A stretch of DNA of 64,000 bases from the NCBI GenBank assembly GCA_965228895.1, contig OZ245842.1:4640001-4704000 (forward strand), written 5' to 3'. Under the pieces are notes generated by a model. It was not told the DNA's origin. It saw only the letters and a program-made list of their open reading frames with translations, and ran no database searches. Below, in pieces: positions 47,655 through 57,072 of the stretch (within the stretch, counting starts at the first letter, position 1; the number at the start of each line of letters is the position of its first letter). The translations under genes were made by a program, and so were the position numbers. This DNA is from Alphaproteobacteria bacterium (GTDB taxonomy: Bacteria; Pseudomonadota; Alphaproteobacteria; SP197).

Positions 47655-49250
47655 TCAGGACGCCAAACCGGGCAACGCGGCCGTCATCGCGGCGATCACG
47701 GAATCGGCGCTATCGGTGCCGTCGGCACGGCAACCGATCCGGCCGTCGGGTCGGATCCAAAAGACGGCGCGGTCGATGACGCCGAGCCTGTTGTGCATGT
47801 CGAGATCGCTGTCGAGATAGAGAACGCTCTCGCCGGCATCGAGCGCGCGCCTGGCTGCTGCCGTCTCGGTATCGTGGGCGACGACGATGACATCGACATC
47901 GCCGGCGTTCTGCTCGGCGAAAGCCAGTGCCGAGGCGGCCAGACGATCGGCTTCCGGTCCGCCGTCGCACGCGTTGACCAGGAGCGTATGGCCGGGTGTC
48001 GCGAGCAAGGATGTCAGGTAACAGGCATTCCCGTTTATGTGGCGCAGCCGCAAGTCCGCGTGGATGAAGTCGCCGGGCCCGGGCCCGATACCCGGCCGCT
48101 CGCCACTGGCGACAATACTGGAATCATAGGCACCCATGATCTGGCTGTAACCGTTGGCGCCGTCACGTATGGCGGCGGCCGTGGCAACGGCAAACTCCCG
48201 GATGGCGCGGGAGCGTTCTACCGGATCCTCGATGATCCAGCGGCAGTCGTTCTTATGACCGGTCTCGCACGTCGCCTCGGCGACCGGCCGGCGTTCGGAT
48301 TCGTATGTATCGAGGAGGCCGGTTTCCGCGTGGCCCTTAGCCACGGCCGCCAACTTCCAACCCAGGTTGATGGCGTCTTGCAGCCCTGTGTTGAGACCGG
48401 CCGCGCTGGCCGGTGACATCGAATGGGTGGCGTCGCCCGCCAGAATGACGCGACCCTTGCGATAGGTCGACGCCAGGCGCGCGGCGCAATGAAAGGCGTT
48501 GTCGGAGATCGCTGGACCAAGCACGGCATCGGGAATGCGTTCACGCAGATAATCGCGGGCAAAACTCCAGGAGTCGGCCAAGGGTTCACGGGTGATCGTG
48601 TAAATCCGGTAAGCCTTTTTGGTTCTGTAGACCGCCATCAACACGGGATCGAGGAAGTTGACACCATAGGTCTCGCCGAACGACCAACCATCGATCTGGG
48701 CGTCCAGCACGTGCCAGTGAAGGCTTATGTCGTAGCCGTCAAACGTGACGCCGACCGCCTCGCGCGTTGTGCTGTGGACGCCGTCGGCTCCGACCAGCCA
48801 CGCTGCCTCAGCGGTCTGATCATGGCCGGCCCGGTCACGCAAGGTCGCGGTAATGCCCTTCCCGTCCTGCGCGACATCGCTCAACGCCAAACCCCGCTCG
48901 ACAACGACACCCAGCGCTTCCAGGCGCGTCGTCAGGATCGGTATCAGCACGTCCTCGCCCAGATTGATGCTCCACGGCCACCGCTGCTCCGGCGAGCGCG
49001 CCGAGAGCACCGTGCGGCCTTCGAACGAAAACACCACCGCCTCCGACGGCACGCTCTCGGCGATGACGTCATCGAGCACGCCCATCTGTTCGGCGGCATA
49101 AAGGGTCGATGGCTTGACGACGAGGGCGCGCGGACCGGTCGGCACCATGGCGTCACGTTCGATGACACGGATGTCGACGCCGCGTTTGGCCAGTTCGATG
49201 GCCAGCGCAAGACCGGTCGGACCGGCGCCGCAAATCAACACATCGGTCAT
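47655..49250 (-). CDS. FAD-dependent monooxygenase (class A aromatic hydroxylase type)
   Basis: GAGPTG, GADGVHS, LAGDATH, GLNTGLQDA, YESERRP, IRPDG. Confidence 0.88.
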   Translation of the reverse strand: MTDVLICGAGPTGLALAIELAKRGVDIRVIERDAMVPTGPRALVVKPSTLYAAEQMGVLDDVIAESVPSEAVVFSFEGRTVLSARSPEQRWPWSINLGEDVLIPILTTRLEALGVVVERGLALSDVAQDGKGITATLRDRAGHDQTAEAAWLVGADGVHSTTREAVGVTFDGYDISLHWHVLDAQIDGWSFGETYGVNFLDPVLMAVYRTKKAYRIYTITREPLADSWSFARDYLRERIPDAVLGPAISDNAFHCAARLASTYRKGRVILAGDATHSMSPASAAGLNTGLQDAINLGWKLAAVAKGHAETGLLDTYESERRPVAEATCETGHKNDCRWIIEDPVERSRAIREFAVATAAAIRDGANGYSQIMGAYDSSIVASGERPGIGPGPGDFIHADLRLRHINGNACYLTSLLATPGHTLLVNACDGGPEADRLAASALAFAEQNAGDVDVIVVAHDTETAAARRALDAGESVLYLDSDLDMHNRLGVIDRAVFWIRPDGRIGCRADGTDSADSVIAAMTAALPGLAS

Positions 49251-49337
49251 GACATAGAGCACCCCTTCGCGCACCGGCGATCCCGGCATGAACCTCCTAT
49301 GCTATCACTGGTGGACCATGCAAGGGGGAGGCGTCAC

Positions 49338-50258
49338 ATGGATCATGATGATGAACGCGACTTCGTCGGTTATGGCCGCAACCCGCCGGATGCCGACTGG
49401 CCCGGCGGCGCGCGGCTCGCGATCAACTTCGTCATCAACTACGAGGAAGGGTCGGAGTACTCGCTGAGCCGGGGCGACGGCGATGACGAGGTCACGCTGA
49501 CCGAGGCCCACGCCCCTATCGTAGCGGCGGGCACGCCGGATCTCGCCGCGCGCAGCATGTTCGAATACGGCAGCCGTGTCGGCTTCTGGCGCCTCTATCG
49601 CCTGTTTGTCGAGCGCGGTCTCACACCGACCATCTTCGGCTGCGCCATGGCGCTGGAAAAAAATTCCGAAGCCGCGGCGGCGATCCGCGAAGCCGGTTTC
49701 GATGTGTGCTGCCACGGCTGGCGCTGGATCGAACACTTTCGCCTGAGCGAAGCCGAAGAACGTGACCACATCCATCGCGCCATTCAATCCCTGGAAACGA
49801 CCGTCGGCGCGCGGCCGCTGGGCTGGTACTGCCGCTACGGTCCCGGCGTCAACACCCGCCGCCTGTTGGTCGAGGAAGGCGGCTTCCTCTATGACTCCGA
49901 CGCCTACAATGACGAGTGGCCCTATTGGACGTCGGTCGATGGCGCACCGCACCTGGTGGTGCCCTATTCCCTGACCAACAACGACGGCCAGTTCGCCCGG
50001 GGCGGTTTCGCCACCGGTGACGATTTCTTCCATTTCTGCCGCGACGCCTTTGACATGCTCTACGGCGAAGGCGCGTCGGCCCCGCGCATGATGTCGGTCG
50101 GCCTGCACTGCCGGCTGATCGGCCATCCCGCGCGCGCAGCCGGTCTCGCCCGTTTTCTCGATTACGTTACAGGTTTCGACGACGTCTGGATCGCAAGGCG
50201 TCTGGATATCGCGCAGCACTGGCGCGAACGCCACCCGCCGCCGTCAGGCCGTGTCTGA
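49338..50258 (+). CDS. puuE: Allantoinase PuuE-like polysaccharide deacetylase family protein
   Basis: RDFVGYGRNPP, WPGGARLA, NYEEG, EYGSRVG, HGWRW, VGLHCRLIG. Confidence 0.82.
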   Translation: MDHDDERDFVGYGRNPPDADWPGGARLAINFVINYEEGSEYSLSRGDGDDEVTLTEAHAPIVAAGTPDLAARSMFEYGSRVGFWRLYRLFVERGLTPTIFGCAMALEKNSEAAAAIREAGFDVCCHGWRWIEHFRLSEAEERDHIHRAIQSLETTVGARPLGWYCRYGPGVNTRRLLVEEGGFLYDSDAYNDEWPYWTSVDGAPHLVVPYSLTNNDGQFARGGFATGDDFFHFCRDAFDMLYGEGASAPRMMSVGLHCRLIGHPARAAGLARFLDYVTGFDDVWIARRLDIAQHWRERHPPPSGRV

Positions 50259-50420
50259 CTATCGCGCCAGACCCAGCCATGCCTTGACCACGCGCGGCAG
50301 CGATCGCCGTTCCGGTGCGACCGGTGCTGGTTCCAGCCGCCAGTCCGTGGGCTGGCGGCCATACCGGAAGGCGGCCGTACGCGTGGCCTCAAAGACCGAG
50401 TCGGCAAGTATGTGAAACAT
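50259..50420 (-). CDS. Small hypothetical protein, 53 aa (not in ORF track)
   Basis: GAGGA RBS 7 nt before ATG; MFHILADSVFEATRTAAFRYGRQPTDWRLEPAPVAPERRSLPRVVKAWLGLAR; divergent from LysR. Confidence 0.65.
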   Translation of the reverse strand: MFHILADSVFEATRTAAFRYGRQPTDWRLEPAPVAPERRSLPRVVKAWLGLAR

Positions 50421-50512
50421 GGCGGTTTCCTCACGTTGAGAGCCCCATCGGGTGTTCCATGAAGATAGGGATCACCCACTAATCGTGGAAACGAATTAGT
50501 TTGATACCAATC

Positions 50513-50527
50513 ATCACGAACTGTTAT
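50513..50527. promoter_or_regulatory. Candidate LysR recognition site
   Basis: Imperfect palindrome ATCA-N7-TTAT containing T-N11-A, directly before the LysR start in an AT-rich divergent promoter. Confidence 0.35.
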
Positions 50528-50535
50528 TAAACTTC

Positions 50536-51399
50536 ATGGCCAGGGATCTGGAAATCAACCTGTTGCGCGCGCTTGTCGCCGTCGCCGGCAACGAGAGCTT
50601 TACGCAGGCAGCCGCCTTTCTGGGCCGCACCCAGTCAGCCGTCAGCATGCAGATTAAACGCCTGGAGGAGATCGTCGGGCTGCGCCTGTTCGAGCGGACC
50701 AAGAAGTCGGTGAAGATTACCGCGGAGGGCGAGACGCTTCTGGTCTATGCCCACCGCATGCTGCGCATGAACGATGAGGCGCTGTCGCGCCTGATCGCGC
50801 CGGACGCGGACGGGCTGGTGCGCCTGGGCGCGCCCGACGACTATGCGACCTGTCTGCTGCCGGCAGTGCTGGCGTCATTCTCCAAGGCGCATCCGTTGGT
50901 GCGTCTGGAAGTCATCTGCGACAACGGCGTCGATCTTCTGAAGCTGTTGGACGACGGCAAGCTGGACCTGGTCCTGGCGACACACCCGGTCACCGGCATC
51001 GCCGGCCAGGTGATCCGCCGCGAACCCCTGCACTGGGTCGCGTCCCCCGGCTTCTGTCACGACGAAACGGAACCGCTGCCGCTGATCCTGTTTTCGCAGG
51101 GCTGTGTCTGCCGCGAGATCGCGTTGCGCGCCCTCGACAGCATGGATGTGGCATGGCGGATCGCCTATTCGACCCGCAGCATCGCGCTGATCCGAAACGC
51201 CGTCGAAAACCGATCCGGCGTCACGGTTATGGAGGCGTCGACCATACCCGACGACTTCGAGATCCTGGACGGCAAGAACGGCTTTCCCGCCTTGCAGGAT
51301 GTCGTCATATCGCTGCATCGTCGCAGCAGCGACGAGACGCCGGCAACAGCCATGGCCGCCGACCACCTTACGCGCGATCTCAAGTCGGTGAGGGTCTAG
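50536..51399 (+). CDS. LysR-family regulator (LrhA/HexA-like)
   Basis: SFTQAA, TQSAVSMQIKRLEE HTH, RLGAPDDY. Confidence 0.93.
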   Translation: MARDLEINLLRALVAVAGNESFTQAAAFLGRTQSAVSMQIKRLEEIVGLRLFERTKKSVKITAEGETLLVYAHRMLRMNDEALSRLIAPDADGLVRLGAPDDYATCLLPAVLASFSKAHPLVRLEVICDNGVDLLKLLDDGKLDLVLATHPVTGIAGQVIRREPLHWVASPGFCHDETEPLPLILFSQGCVCREIALRALDSMDVAWRIAYSTRSIALIRNAVENRSGVTVMEASTIPDDFEILDGKNGFPALQDVVISLHRRSSDETPATAMAADHLTRDLKSVRV

Positions 51400-51460
51400 A
51401 GCGGATTCACCTGTCTTGATGTCATCGCGAAGCGATTCCATCAAAACAGGATCTGCTCTA
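51397..51460. mobile_element. Repeat family B, single-module copy 3 (64 bp)
   Basis: TAGAGCGGATTCACCTG...GATCTGCTCTA, equal to the left terminus fused to the second module; its TAG is the LysR stop codon. Confidence 0.8.
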
Positions 51461-51473
51461 GGGCGGATTTCCC

Positions 51474-52211
51474 TCAGGGAACCGTCTCGTCGGGCGCGCC
51501 AATCACCGCCGACGTCGGCATGATGATCGTCAGTGTGGGCGACAGGTCGAGCGACACCACCCCCATGTCCGTCACCAGATCCAGAACATGACCACCGAAC
51601 GTCCTATCCTTGCTGACACCGTGCAGGTGCCAGACCGGCGCGTTGATGCCGGCAAGCCAATCCGGAAACCAGAAGCCCACGAGCGTCATCTCGACATCGT
51701 TGGCCGTCCATACCGCCTGACTGGCAAGCGCCTCCACCAATGACGGATAGGGTTCAACCTGGCGCGCGGGAACGCGATAGGTCAGCGACCGGAAGGTACC
51801 GTCGATCCTGACCGCGATCGGCACGTTCGACGCGCCGATCCTTTCGGAAAGAATGGCGGCCAGGCCCGCCATGTCGAGCCCGTCGGGCAGCGCGAGTTCA
51901 TCGTCCACATCAAAGGGCGTCACCGCGGCGAACGGCGTCTCGGTTTCCGGCGGCGCGATATCCAGCGACCCGTCATGACGTGCACGCCAGAACGTACCGT
52001 CAACGACGATCATCTCACCGTCCAATGCGTTGAAGGTGCCGAGCCCCAGATCGCCATAGCCGGCCATCTCGGCAACCGTCATCGCGCCGTCGTAGAGACC
52101 GCCGGCGAGCGCATCCAACGTCGAATACTGCGTAACGGTGTCGCTGTCCTGGGCGGCTGCCGGCAAGGCCCAGACCAACAACGCCGACACCATGCAGAAC
52201 AGGCGGAGCAT
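51474..52211 (-). CDS. budA: Alpha-acetolactate decarboxylase family protein with signal peptide
   Basis: QYSTLDAL, GDLGLGTFNALDGEM, TPFA, HLH...GGHV Zn ligands; N-terminal hydrophobic leader ending AAA-Q; start uncertain. Confidence 0.8.
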   Translation of the reverse strand: MLRLFCMVSALLVWALPAAAQDSDTVTQYSTLDALAGGLYDGAMTVAEMAGYGDLGLGTFNALDGEMIVVDGTFWRARHDGSLDIAPPETETPFAAVTPFDVDDELALPDGLDMAGLAAILSERIGASNVPIAVRIDGTFRSLTYRVPARQVEPYPSLVEALASQAVWTANDVEMTLVGFWFPDWLAGINAPVWHLHGVSKDRTFGGHVLDLVTDMGVVSLDLSPTLTIIMPTSAVIGAPDETVP

Positions 52212-52375
52212 GCCAAGCACCAAAAAAGGTCTCCCTGGACTCAAACTGACGCGGATCATCGTCTGAGGGTCTCCAGGAAACAAGCGCACAGGTGACGGCA
52301 GGCCCGATTGAGGTTATCACGCACGCGGTATCTCATACCGAACGGGCCGCTCGGCTGAACTCTGGATCCCCCTCC

Positions 52376-52960
52376 ATGCTCCATCGCCTTTATGCCTGGA
52401 CCATGCGACTGGCCGAACACCGGTTGGCACCCTACTGGCTGTTTGTCGTGGCGGTGGCGGAGGCGTCGGTTTTCCCGATCCCCGTCGAAGGCATCCTGCT
52501 GCCGATGATGTTCGCCCGGCCGCGCAAGGGATGGTGGTACTCGACCATCGCGACGGCCGGCACCATCGTTGGCGGCGCCATCGGTTTTGCCATCGGTTAC
52601 CTGCTCTACGACTCCGTGGGCAAGGCGATTTTGGAGTTCTATGGCCATACCGACGCCTACAAGAACTTCGCCGAGCTCTACCGCGAATGGGGCGGCTGGA
52701 TCGTGTTTGCCGGGGGTTTCACGCCGATCCCCTATAAGGTCGTCTCGATCGCCAGCGGCGTCGTCCATATGGACTTCTTCATCTTCATCCTGGCGTCGTT
52801 GATCTCGCGCGGCCTGCGCTTCTATATCCAGGCAGCAATCCTGTGGTGGTTCGGCGAAGCGGCCCGCACGTTTGTCGAAAAGAATCTGGTCTACGTCACA
52901 CTCGGGGCGTTTTTGTTGCTTATCGCCGGCTTTGCCGTGATCGAATGGCTATGGCACTGA
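52376..52960 (+). CDS. yqaA: YqaA/DedA-family membrane protein
   Basis: AEASVFPIP, GFTPIPYKV, RGLRF. Confidence 0.85.
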   Translation: MLHRLYAWTMRLAEHRLAPYWLFVVAVAEASVFPIPVEGILLPMMFARPRKGWWYSTIATAGTIVGGAIGFAIGYLLYDSVGKAILEFYGHTDAYKNFAELYREWGGWIVFAGGFTPIPYKVVSIASGVVHMDFFIFILASLISRGLRFYIQAAILWWFGEAARTFVEKNLVYVTLGAFLLLIAGFAVIEWLWH

Positions 52961-52988
52961 GGCAACCGTCCGACCATATGGAGGTTCG

Positions 52989-53501
52989 ATGAGCGGTATC
53001 GTCACATCGGTTCTGGACCGGCCCCGTCTTGTCGGCCTTTTGCTGGCGCTGGCCAGCGCGGCCATGCTGGGCGGCGCGTTTTACTTCCAGCATGTCGAGG
53101 GATTGGCGCCCTGCCCCCTGTGCATCGCCCAGCGCTGGGCGCATGCGGTGGTCTTGGCGATCGGCCTGATCCTGGCGCTGGGCATCGGCGGCAAGAGCTT
53201 CGCCCGGCCCTGGCTCGCGGCGCTGACCCTGGCGCTTCTGGGCAGCGCCGGTATCGCCGCCTATCACGTCGGTGTCGAACAACAGTGGATCGAAAGCGCG
53301 TTCTGCGGTGTCAGCGAAGGCGCCGACACGATCGAGGACCTGAAAGCCCAGCTTTGGGAAACCGAGGTCGTGCGCTGCGACGAGGTCCCGTGGTCCCTGT
53401 TCGGCATTTCCATGGCCGGCTACAATCTGCTGATCTCGCTGGCATTGGCGGCGGTCGCGCTGGTTGCGACAACCCGCCCGCGATCGACGGAGGCGACATG
53501 A
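52989..53501 (+). CDS. dsbB: Disulfide bond formation protein DsbB
   Basis: PCPLCIAQR, YHVGVE, second Cys pair (FCG...RCDE), GISMA. Confidence 0.88.
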   Translation: MSGIVTSVLDRPRLVGLLLALASAAMLGGAFYFQHVEGLAPCPLCIAQRWAHAVVLAIGLILALGIGGKSFARPWLAALTLALLGSAGIAAYHVGVEQQWIESAFCGVSEGADTIEDLKAQLWETEVVRCDEVPWSLFGISMAGYNLLISLALAAVALVATTRPRSTEAT

Positions 53502-54070
53502 CGGAAAAAGCGGCCAGGAAACGCCTTACCGGCCAGGACTGCTTGCCCGGCGATCCCGACCCCAGGGCCACGATCGAGGCGATGATCCGCGTCGATCACG
53601 CCGGTGAGTATGGCGCGCGGCGCATCTATGACGGTCAGCTCGCCGTGCTCGGCAAACACGCAGCCGGTGGCAGCATCAAGCACATGGCCGACCAGGAAAC
53701 CGAGCACCTGGAGACCTTCGACAAGCTGATCGTCGAACGGCAGGTGCGCCCGACCATCCTGGCGCCGGTCTGGCACGCCGCCGGCTTTGCGCTCGGCGCG
53801 GCCACCGCCGTGATGGGTGAGCGCGCCGCCATGGCCTGCACCGCCGCCGTCGAGGACGTGATCGACGAACACTACGCCAAACAGGCCGAGCAGCTCGGCG
53901 ATGACGAGGCGGACCTGAAGGCGACGATCGAACAGTTCCGCGCCGACGAACAGCAGCACCACGACACCGCCATCGACCACGGCGCCGAACAGGCGCCGGG
54001 TTATGAGCTCTTGACCGGCGCCATCAAATCCGGCACCCGCCTCGCCATCTGGCTGTCGACGCGGGTATGA
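53498..54070 (+). CDS. coq7: Demethoxyubiquinone hydroxylase Coq7
   Basis: IRVDHAGEYGA, ETEH, AMACTAAVE, EQQH di-iron motifs. Confidence 0.92.
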   Translation: MTEKAARKRLTGQDCLPGDPDPRATIEAMIRVDHAGEYGARRIYDGQLAVLGKHAAGGSIKHMADQETEHLETFDKLIVERQVRPTILAPVWHAAGFALGAATAVMGERAAMACTAAVEDVIDEHYAKQAEQLGDDEADLKATIEQFRADEQQHHDTAIDHGAEQAPGYELLTGAIKSGTRLAIWLSTRV

Positions 54071-54690
54071 GCCCGCCCATCGCCAACCTTTCGGACGTTC
54101 AGCATCGGCGCAAAGCCGCCTTCGCCATAGGTCTCTTCGGCGTTCTGGCGGCCATCCTGGTGACCAGTTCGACCTGGGTGCTTGGTGGCCCGGTGCACGA
54201 GTTCATCGAACTCATCGGCTTCGTTTCCGTCATGATCTGTATCCTCGGGCGTACCTGGTGCACGCTCTATGTCGGCGGCAGGAAGAAGAGCAGTCTGGTC
54301 CAGCATGGGCCCTATTCGATCAGCCGCAATCCGCTTTATGTGTTTTCGGTTGTGGGTGCGGCCAGCGTCGGTCTCGCGAGCGGCAGCTTGTTCGTCGGGT
54401 TCTTGCTAGCCTTCGCGACCTTCCTAGTCTTGGACCAAGTGATACGGCGCGAAGAACGTTACCTTCGCGACGCATTCGGTACCGCCTACTGCGACTACAG
54501 CCAACGAGTGCCCCGTTGGTGGCCGCGTTTTTCCGCCTGGACCGATCTGGAACGCGTCGAGGCAAGACCTCGCCTGATGCTGATTACCTTCCGCGATGCC
54601 TGCCTCTTCCTGCTCGCGATACCGGTTCTGGAAAGCATCGAATGGCTGCAGGCCAGCCACCTGCTTCCTGTCCTGTTGCAGGTGCCATAG
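54067..54690 (+). CDS. Isoprenylcysteine carboxyl methyltransferase-family membrane protein
   Basis: GPYSISRNPLY, EERYL, FG..Y..Y...VPRW. Confidence 0.82.
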   Translation: MSPPIANLSDVQHRRKAAFAIGLFGVLAAILVTSSTWVLGGPVHEFIELIGFVSVMICILGRTWCTLYVGGRKKSSLVQHGPYSISRNPLYVFSVVGAASVGLASGSLFVGFLLAFATFLVLDQVIRREERYLRDAFGTAYCDYSQRVPRWWPRFSAWTDLERVEARPRLMLITFRDACLFLLAIPVLESIEWLQASHLLPVLLQVP

Positions 54691-54693
54691 CCG

Positions 54694-55656
54694 ATGACCA
54701 ACAACGTCGCGGCAATTGTGGCGCGCTACGACATCCATCCCGACATGCTCCCGATGCTTGAAGAGTTCGAGAGCCTGCCGGTCGCCGAGACGATCCAGGA
54801 AAACCGCGACATCTGGAGCGCGTTCTGCCGCAAGGCCATGCGTCCGCGCCCCGACGGCATGACCGTCACCGACGGCACCATCGCGACCGAGGCCTTCGAG
54901 ATCCCGATCCGCACCTACCGGCCCGCCGACGCGGCCAGTCCGTCGCCGGGCATCCTCTATATCCACGGCGGCGGCTTCATCTCCGGCGACCTCGACACCA
55001 ACGACACCGTGGCCTGGGGCCTCGCTGAGGAGACCGGCGCGGTCGTCGTCAGCACCCACTACCGCCTGGCGCCGGAACACCCCTTCCCCGCCGCCCACGA
55101 CGATTGTTATGCCGCGCTCTGCCATGTCGCGGAGAATGCCGCAGCCTTCGGCATCGATCCGGCGCACCTCGCCATCTGTGGCGACAGCGCCGGCGGCAAT
55201 CTGGCGGCGACCGTGACACTGGCCGCCCGCGACCGTGGCGGCCCGAAGATTGCGGCGCAAGCGATCCTTTATCCGGGCTTCCGCACCGACGGCACCTTGC
55301 CCAGCTTCACGACCTATGGCGAAGCGCCGATCCAGAACAAGGCCTCGACCGACAAGTACCGCGCCCTCTACATGCCGGACCCCAAGACCCACACCAACCC
55401 TTACGCATGCCCGCTCATGGCGAGCGACTACGGCAACCTGCCGCCGGCGCTGATCCACGTCGCCGGCGTCGACGCCGCGCGCGACGAGGGCGAACTCTAT
55501 GCCGAACGGTTGGCGGAGGCCGGCGTCGACGCCGCCTACCGGGTCGCCGAAGGCATGATCCACAGCTTCATGCGCGCCCGCTTCGACGGCCCGGCCGCCG
55601 CCGCGGAGTTCAACGTCGTGACGGACTTTCTGTATCGTTACCTGTTCGGTTCTTAG
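54694..55656 (+). CDS. HSL-family esterase/lipase
   Basis: HGGG, YRLAPEHPFP, GDSAGG, C-terminal HSF. Confidence 0.92.
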   Translation: MTNNVAAIVARYDIHPDMLPMLEEFESLPVAETIQENRDIWSAFCRKAMRPRPDGMTVTDGTIATEAFEIPIRTYRPADAASPSPGILYIHGGGFISGDLDTNDTVAWGLAEETGAVVVSTHYRLAPEHPFPAAHDDCYAALCHVAENAAAFGIDPAHLAICGDSAGGNLAATVTLAARDRGGPKIAAQAILYPGFRTDGTLPSFTTYGEAPIQNKASTDKYRALYMPDPKTHTNPYACPLMASDYGNLPPALIHVAGVDAARDEGELYAERLAEAGVDAAYRVAEGMIHSFMRARFDGPAAAAEFNVVTDFLYRYLFGS

Positions 55657-55712
55657 GATCTGATTTGCACCAGCGAAGTGATACCTGGAACACTCGCGCA
55701 AGGCACTGATAA

Positions 55713-56954
55713 CTAGTGCTTCTGCATCTGTTGCCAACGATGTGTCGGAATCCGCATGTTCCTGAAAGTGTAACCATATCCTCGGACTTTGTGCGTTTTC
55801 GTAGCGGACAGAGAGCTTGCGTTAACTCCTACAATCATCTGACGGGCGCGTTCGAACGCATCAACAAGGTCTCCGTTAATGATGATTGTCGCGAGCAATC
55901 CATCATGCGTGCGCTCTTTGTTGGAGCAATCCGAAAACCACGCCGTCAACGAGTAGATATCGGCCCGCCGTAGCAGTTCGCGGTTCTTCTTGAACTGTGG
56001 GGACCAATCCCGCAGCCATATCCGAGTTGGATATCCCATCAGACCAAACGACGCAGCAGTAGCCATAAGTCGGTCGGCATTCTGTCGGTACTCGATCCAG
56101 GGAAAGGTCATCACACTGCTATCTGCCTCGACAGGACGGGGTGCATGCCACACAAACAAGGGATGTTCATTGACCATCTGCTCACCTGGCCGGAGCATGG
56201 TTCTGAGCCAAGCAATCAACTTGTCCAAACGTTCGACACCATCGCGTCCGATCCGTCGGAATGGTCGGTCCAGAAACCGATCCATTTGATCTTGAGCATG
56301 CCAAGCCACTTCCCGAAAGTGATCATCGCACCGCTCCAAGGAGTCGTTGATGTTCTTCAACATCGATCTTTCAAGCTGCTTGCTTAAGTCGGGATTTTTC
56401 TGCTTCTGCCGCTCGATCTCATCAAGCTCCCATTCACGGCCATCCCAAAGCTGCTTTTCGAATGCAGCCATTTGCGCAGCGGACTTATAGAGTCTCGGGT
56501 TCTCGGCCAAGTCCCGGTTCCCAACCCATACACGCGCGCGATTCTCTGCCTCTCGAACGTCCCACGCTGTAAGGCCCGTTGCAGCGCTTTCAGCAATCGC
56601 CGCTGCGGCAGGACCAAATTTATCGTCATCAGATGAAATCACCCTTGCCCAGAAGTAGAGGCCGCTGGTCCCCAGTCTTAGCCGCTCCGGATCTGGCTCA
56701 GACCCTTTTGGCAACTGGCTTGATGTCCACGTTAACGTCGGGAGATCGGCCTCGCCCTCGGCACGCTTCAGCTCGCGAAAAACCGGTTCGTAACCAGACT
56801 CAGCGACTCTCCTCACCAACTCCGTCTCGATTTTGTCGGGCCGGTACTGCCGCGTTGCCGGCCTCAGCTCGTTTAGTAAACGAAGTAGGGGAAGGCTCGA
56901 CCAATCAAGCGATTCGTCACCGTGGAGACTAGCTGGGCCCCATCTGTTAGGCAT
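55713..56954 (-). CDS. Hypothetical protein (low-GC orphan, 413 aa)
   Basis: Long ORF filling the gap between the esterase and mscS, atypical base composition, candidate own promoter; no recognisable motif. Confidence 0.7.
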   Translation of the reverse strand: MPNRWGPASLHGDESLDWSSLPLLRLLNELRPATRQYRPDKIETELVRRVAESGYEPVFRELKRAEGEADLPTLTWTSSQLPKGSEPDPERLRLGTSGLYFWARVISSDDDKFGPAAAAIAESAATGLTAWDVREAENRARVWVGNRDLAENPRLYKSAAQMAAFEKQLWDGREWELDEIERQKQKNPDLSKQLERSMLKNINDSLERCDDHFREVAWHAQDQMDRFLDRPFRRIGRDGVERLDKLIAWLRTMLRPGEQMVNEHPLFVWHAPRPVEADSSVMTFPWIEYRQNADRLMATAASFGLMGYPTRIWLRDWSPQFKKNRELLRRADIYSLTAWFSDCSNKERTHDGLLATIIINGDLVDAFERARQMIVGVNASSLSATKTHKVRGYGYTFRNMRIPTHRWQQMQKH

Positions 56955-56992
56955 GGCTCAACAGGATATATGTTCATGCAATGTTCCGAATG

Positions 56993-57023
56993 ATCATAGC
57001 TGCGATGAATTGACAACTCAATT
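56993..57023 (-). promoter_or_regulatory. Sigma70-type promoter with overlapping palindrome
   Basis: Minus strand TTGAGT(57021-57016)-N17-TATGAT(56998-56993); palindrome AATTGA-CAAC-TCAATT (57008-57023) covers the -35. Confidence 0.55.
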
Positions 57024-57072
57024 AATACTTGCATGTCAGGCCAAAACTTAACGCGCTTAGCGAATCTGACCC

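Noticed and set aside
52376-54070. yqaA-dsbB-coq7 cluster as a novel system
   Set aside because: Recognisable housekeeping arrangement in Alphaproteobacteria
55652-57069. CTTAGGATCTGA / CTTAGCGAATCTGA as direct repeats bounding the low-GC gene
   Set aside because: Short and requires a gap; not convincing as a target-site duplication
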